Below, one piece after another: positions 62,681 through 64,000 of a DNA stretch of 64,000 nt (position 1 is the stretch's first letter; every line of letters starts with the position of its first letter). The notes under the pieces were generated by a model, which saw only the letters and a list, made by a program, of their open reading frames with translations, ran no database searches and was not told the DNA's origin. The translations under genes were made by a program, and so were the position numbers. Origin of the DNA: the human T2T-CHM13v2.0 reference genome, Homo sapiens. The stretch lies in contig CP086569.2 of NCBI GenBank assembly GCA_009914755.4, positions 11,616,001-11,680,000 of the forward strand, written 5' to 3'.

Positions 62681-64000
62681 TGGTCTATAGGCAATCTTAC
62701 AGTGCTTAAGACTTTGATATTGAGAACAGATCTCCTAGGTATATGCTGTGTTTCTGGGGTGACATGATGCTCTCATCTGGCCTCTGTGAGCCTAATTCTA
62801 TCTTACATTTACCCCACTCTTCAACAACTTGGGGAGGTGTCCCTAAACATTCCTAGGTGAACCCAAACCTGTGGCCCTCAACACATTTCTAGGTAAAGCA
62901 AGCTCCTGACATATCTGTGGATATCCTCTCATTGGAAGAAGGGGGAAGAGATCATCTCAAAATAATTCATTTAATATAGCTTTTCAACATTAATTTTATT
63001 TTGATAAAGAGACACACAGTAAATAAAATTTCTAAAAAACTATAAACTTTCAAACATTCTCACGCTAAATCTACCTCTGCTCACATGCCAGGGAAATATA
63101 AAGGTAATCTGTTTCTCAACCTGACCAGGATGCTACAGTAATTAAAAATAAACTCAATTCCTGGATCCCTACCAAAGGGACATTTCATATGGATCAAAGT
63201 TCTGGAAAAATTATTTGTCTGGAAATAGACTAATTCTCCAAAATATAATTGAAATAACGGCTTCTGGAAAGGGCCAAATACGACTCTTAATGATATAACA
63301 GCTAAATATAGGTCTGATGCTCATTCCGTGTGGAGAACAATAGCAGCCATTCCCACAAACGGCAGATTTGGGGGAAGTAAACACTACTTTTGCAGAATCT
63401 TACATGATTTCAGTAGAAGGGCAAGGACATTTCAGTTGGGAACAGATTGCTCCATGGTAATGTGATCACTATGTACCCAACAATGGCTCTTTCTTCCTAG
63501 TGTCATTGCAGATGATATTTTCACTTTAACTATTACCATTGCTGTTTCTAATCACATAAAAGTGTATCCTTTATATATCTGAAGTAAATTCATACTAGTG
63601 ATGTAACATCTCCAGCCATTTAAGTGTAAAAACAGAAAACGTATGATGTGTTTGCTTACTGTTTTATACTCTTAACGCATGAAGAGAAGATCCTTTTATT
63701 CATTGCCTATACTTTTATTTCTAAACTTTCCATAACACTTTATCTTATATCCAGCATAGAATTGAGATTTGCTTTTTCATTTAATCTAACAATATTTTTT
63801 CCTCTACTAAGAGTCAAGCCCACTTACTTTTAATGATAAATTGTGTTTGGTTATATTTTGATTACAATATATTATGCTATGATTTATATGCACATATTTG
63901 TCTTTTGCTGTCTTGTTTGTTTTTATTGTTTATGTTTTGATGGTTGTGATACTTGGAAGAGTTAAACTTTTATTCTGATGGCTACCTTATGTAATTTCAT

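Overview
This window is primate (human-type) genomic DNA, not a prokaryotic locus. It is dense with Alu SINEs, L1 LINEs and ERVL-MaLR (THE1/MST-type) LTRs. There are no CRISPR arrays, operons, rRNA or tRNA genes, and I found no intact protein-coding gene. All assignments below are by eye against remembered repeat consensi and protein sequences, with no alignment run. The window looks like a segmental-duplication mosaic of the pericentromeric type. In order it contains: (i) an ACTR3B-derived pseudogene (~1040-2415, + strand) with frameshifts and a short intron-like insert; (ii) old L1M fragments interrupted by an LTR-internal-LTR MaLR element and by a rearranged young-L1 composite (7690-13384) that includes an inverted ORF2 block; (iii) homologs of the last three coding exons plus 3' UTR of CHEK2 (17896-24220, + strand), with intron spacing like the CHEK2 locus but a 1-bp deletion and several substitutions, so a CHEK2 pseudogene paralog; (iv) ~11 kb downstream, a CpG island with an exon-1-like unit (ATG 35310, GT donor 35412) in the position of the TTC28 5' end relative to CHEK2 on chr22, carrying an in-frame TGA; (v) a GC-rich, CpG-containing region with ~50-60 bp tandem units (40562-41850); (vi) a ~5.7 kb C-rich/G-rich degenerate minisatellite built on CCCTGGCCCTG-type units (41850-47515), with inverted unit blocks around a unique/Alu island at 45205-45905; (vii) a ~1.8 kb 13-bp-unit (ATGAGATGAAATG-like) purine-strand minisatellite (48490-50280) abutting a truncated Alu; (viii) an isolated TRIM-family RING + B-box exon 1 on the minus strand (51050-51448) ending at a GTAAGT donor, with no downstream TRIM exons visible; (ix) several young Alu insertions with intact target-site duplications and long poly-A tails. 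Most long ORFs in the six-frame track are repeat-encoded (L1 ORF1/ORF2, Alu, minisatellite low-complexity frames) and are not genes. The strongest observations are the two large minisatellite arrays and the juxtaposition of ACTR3B-, CHEK2-, TTC28- and TRIM-derived fragments. No novel biological system can be supported from sequence alone.
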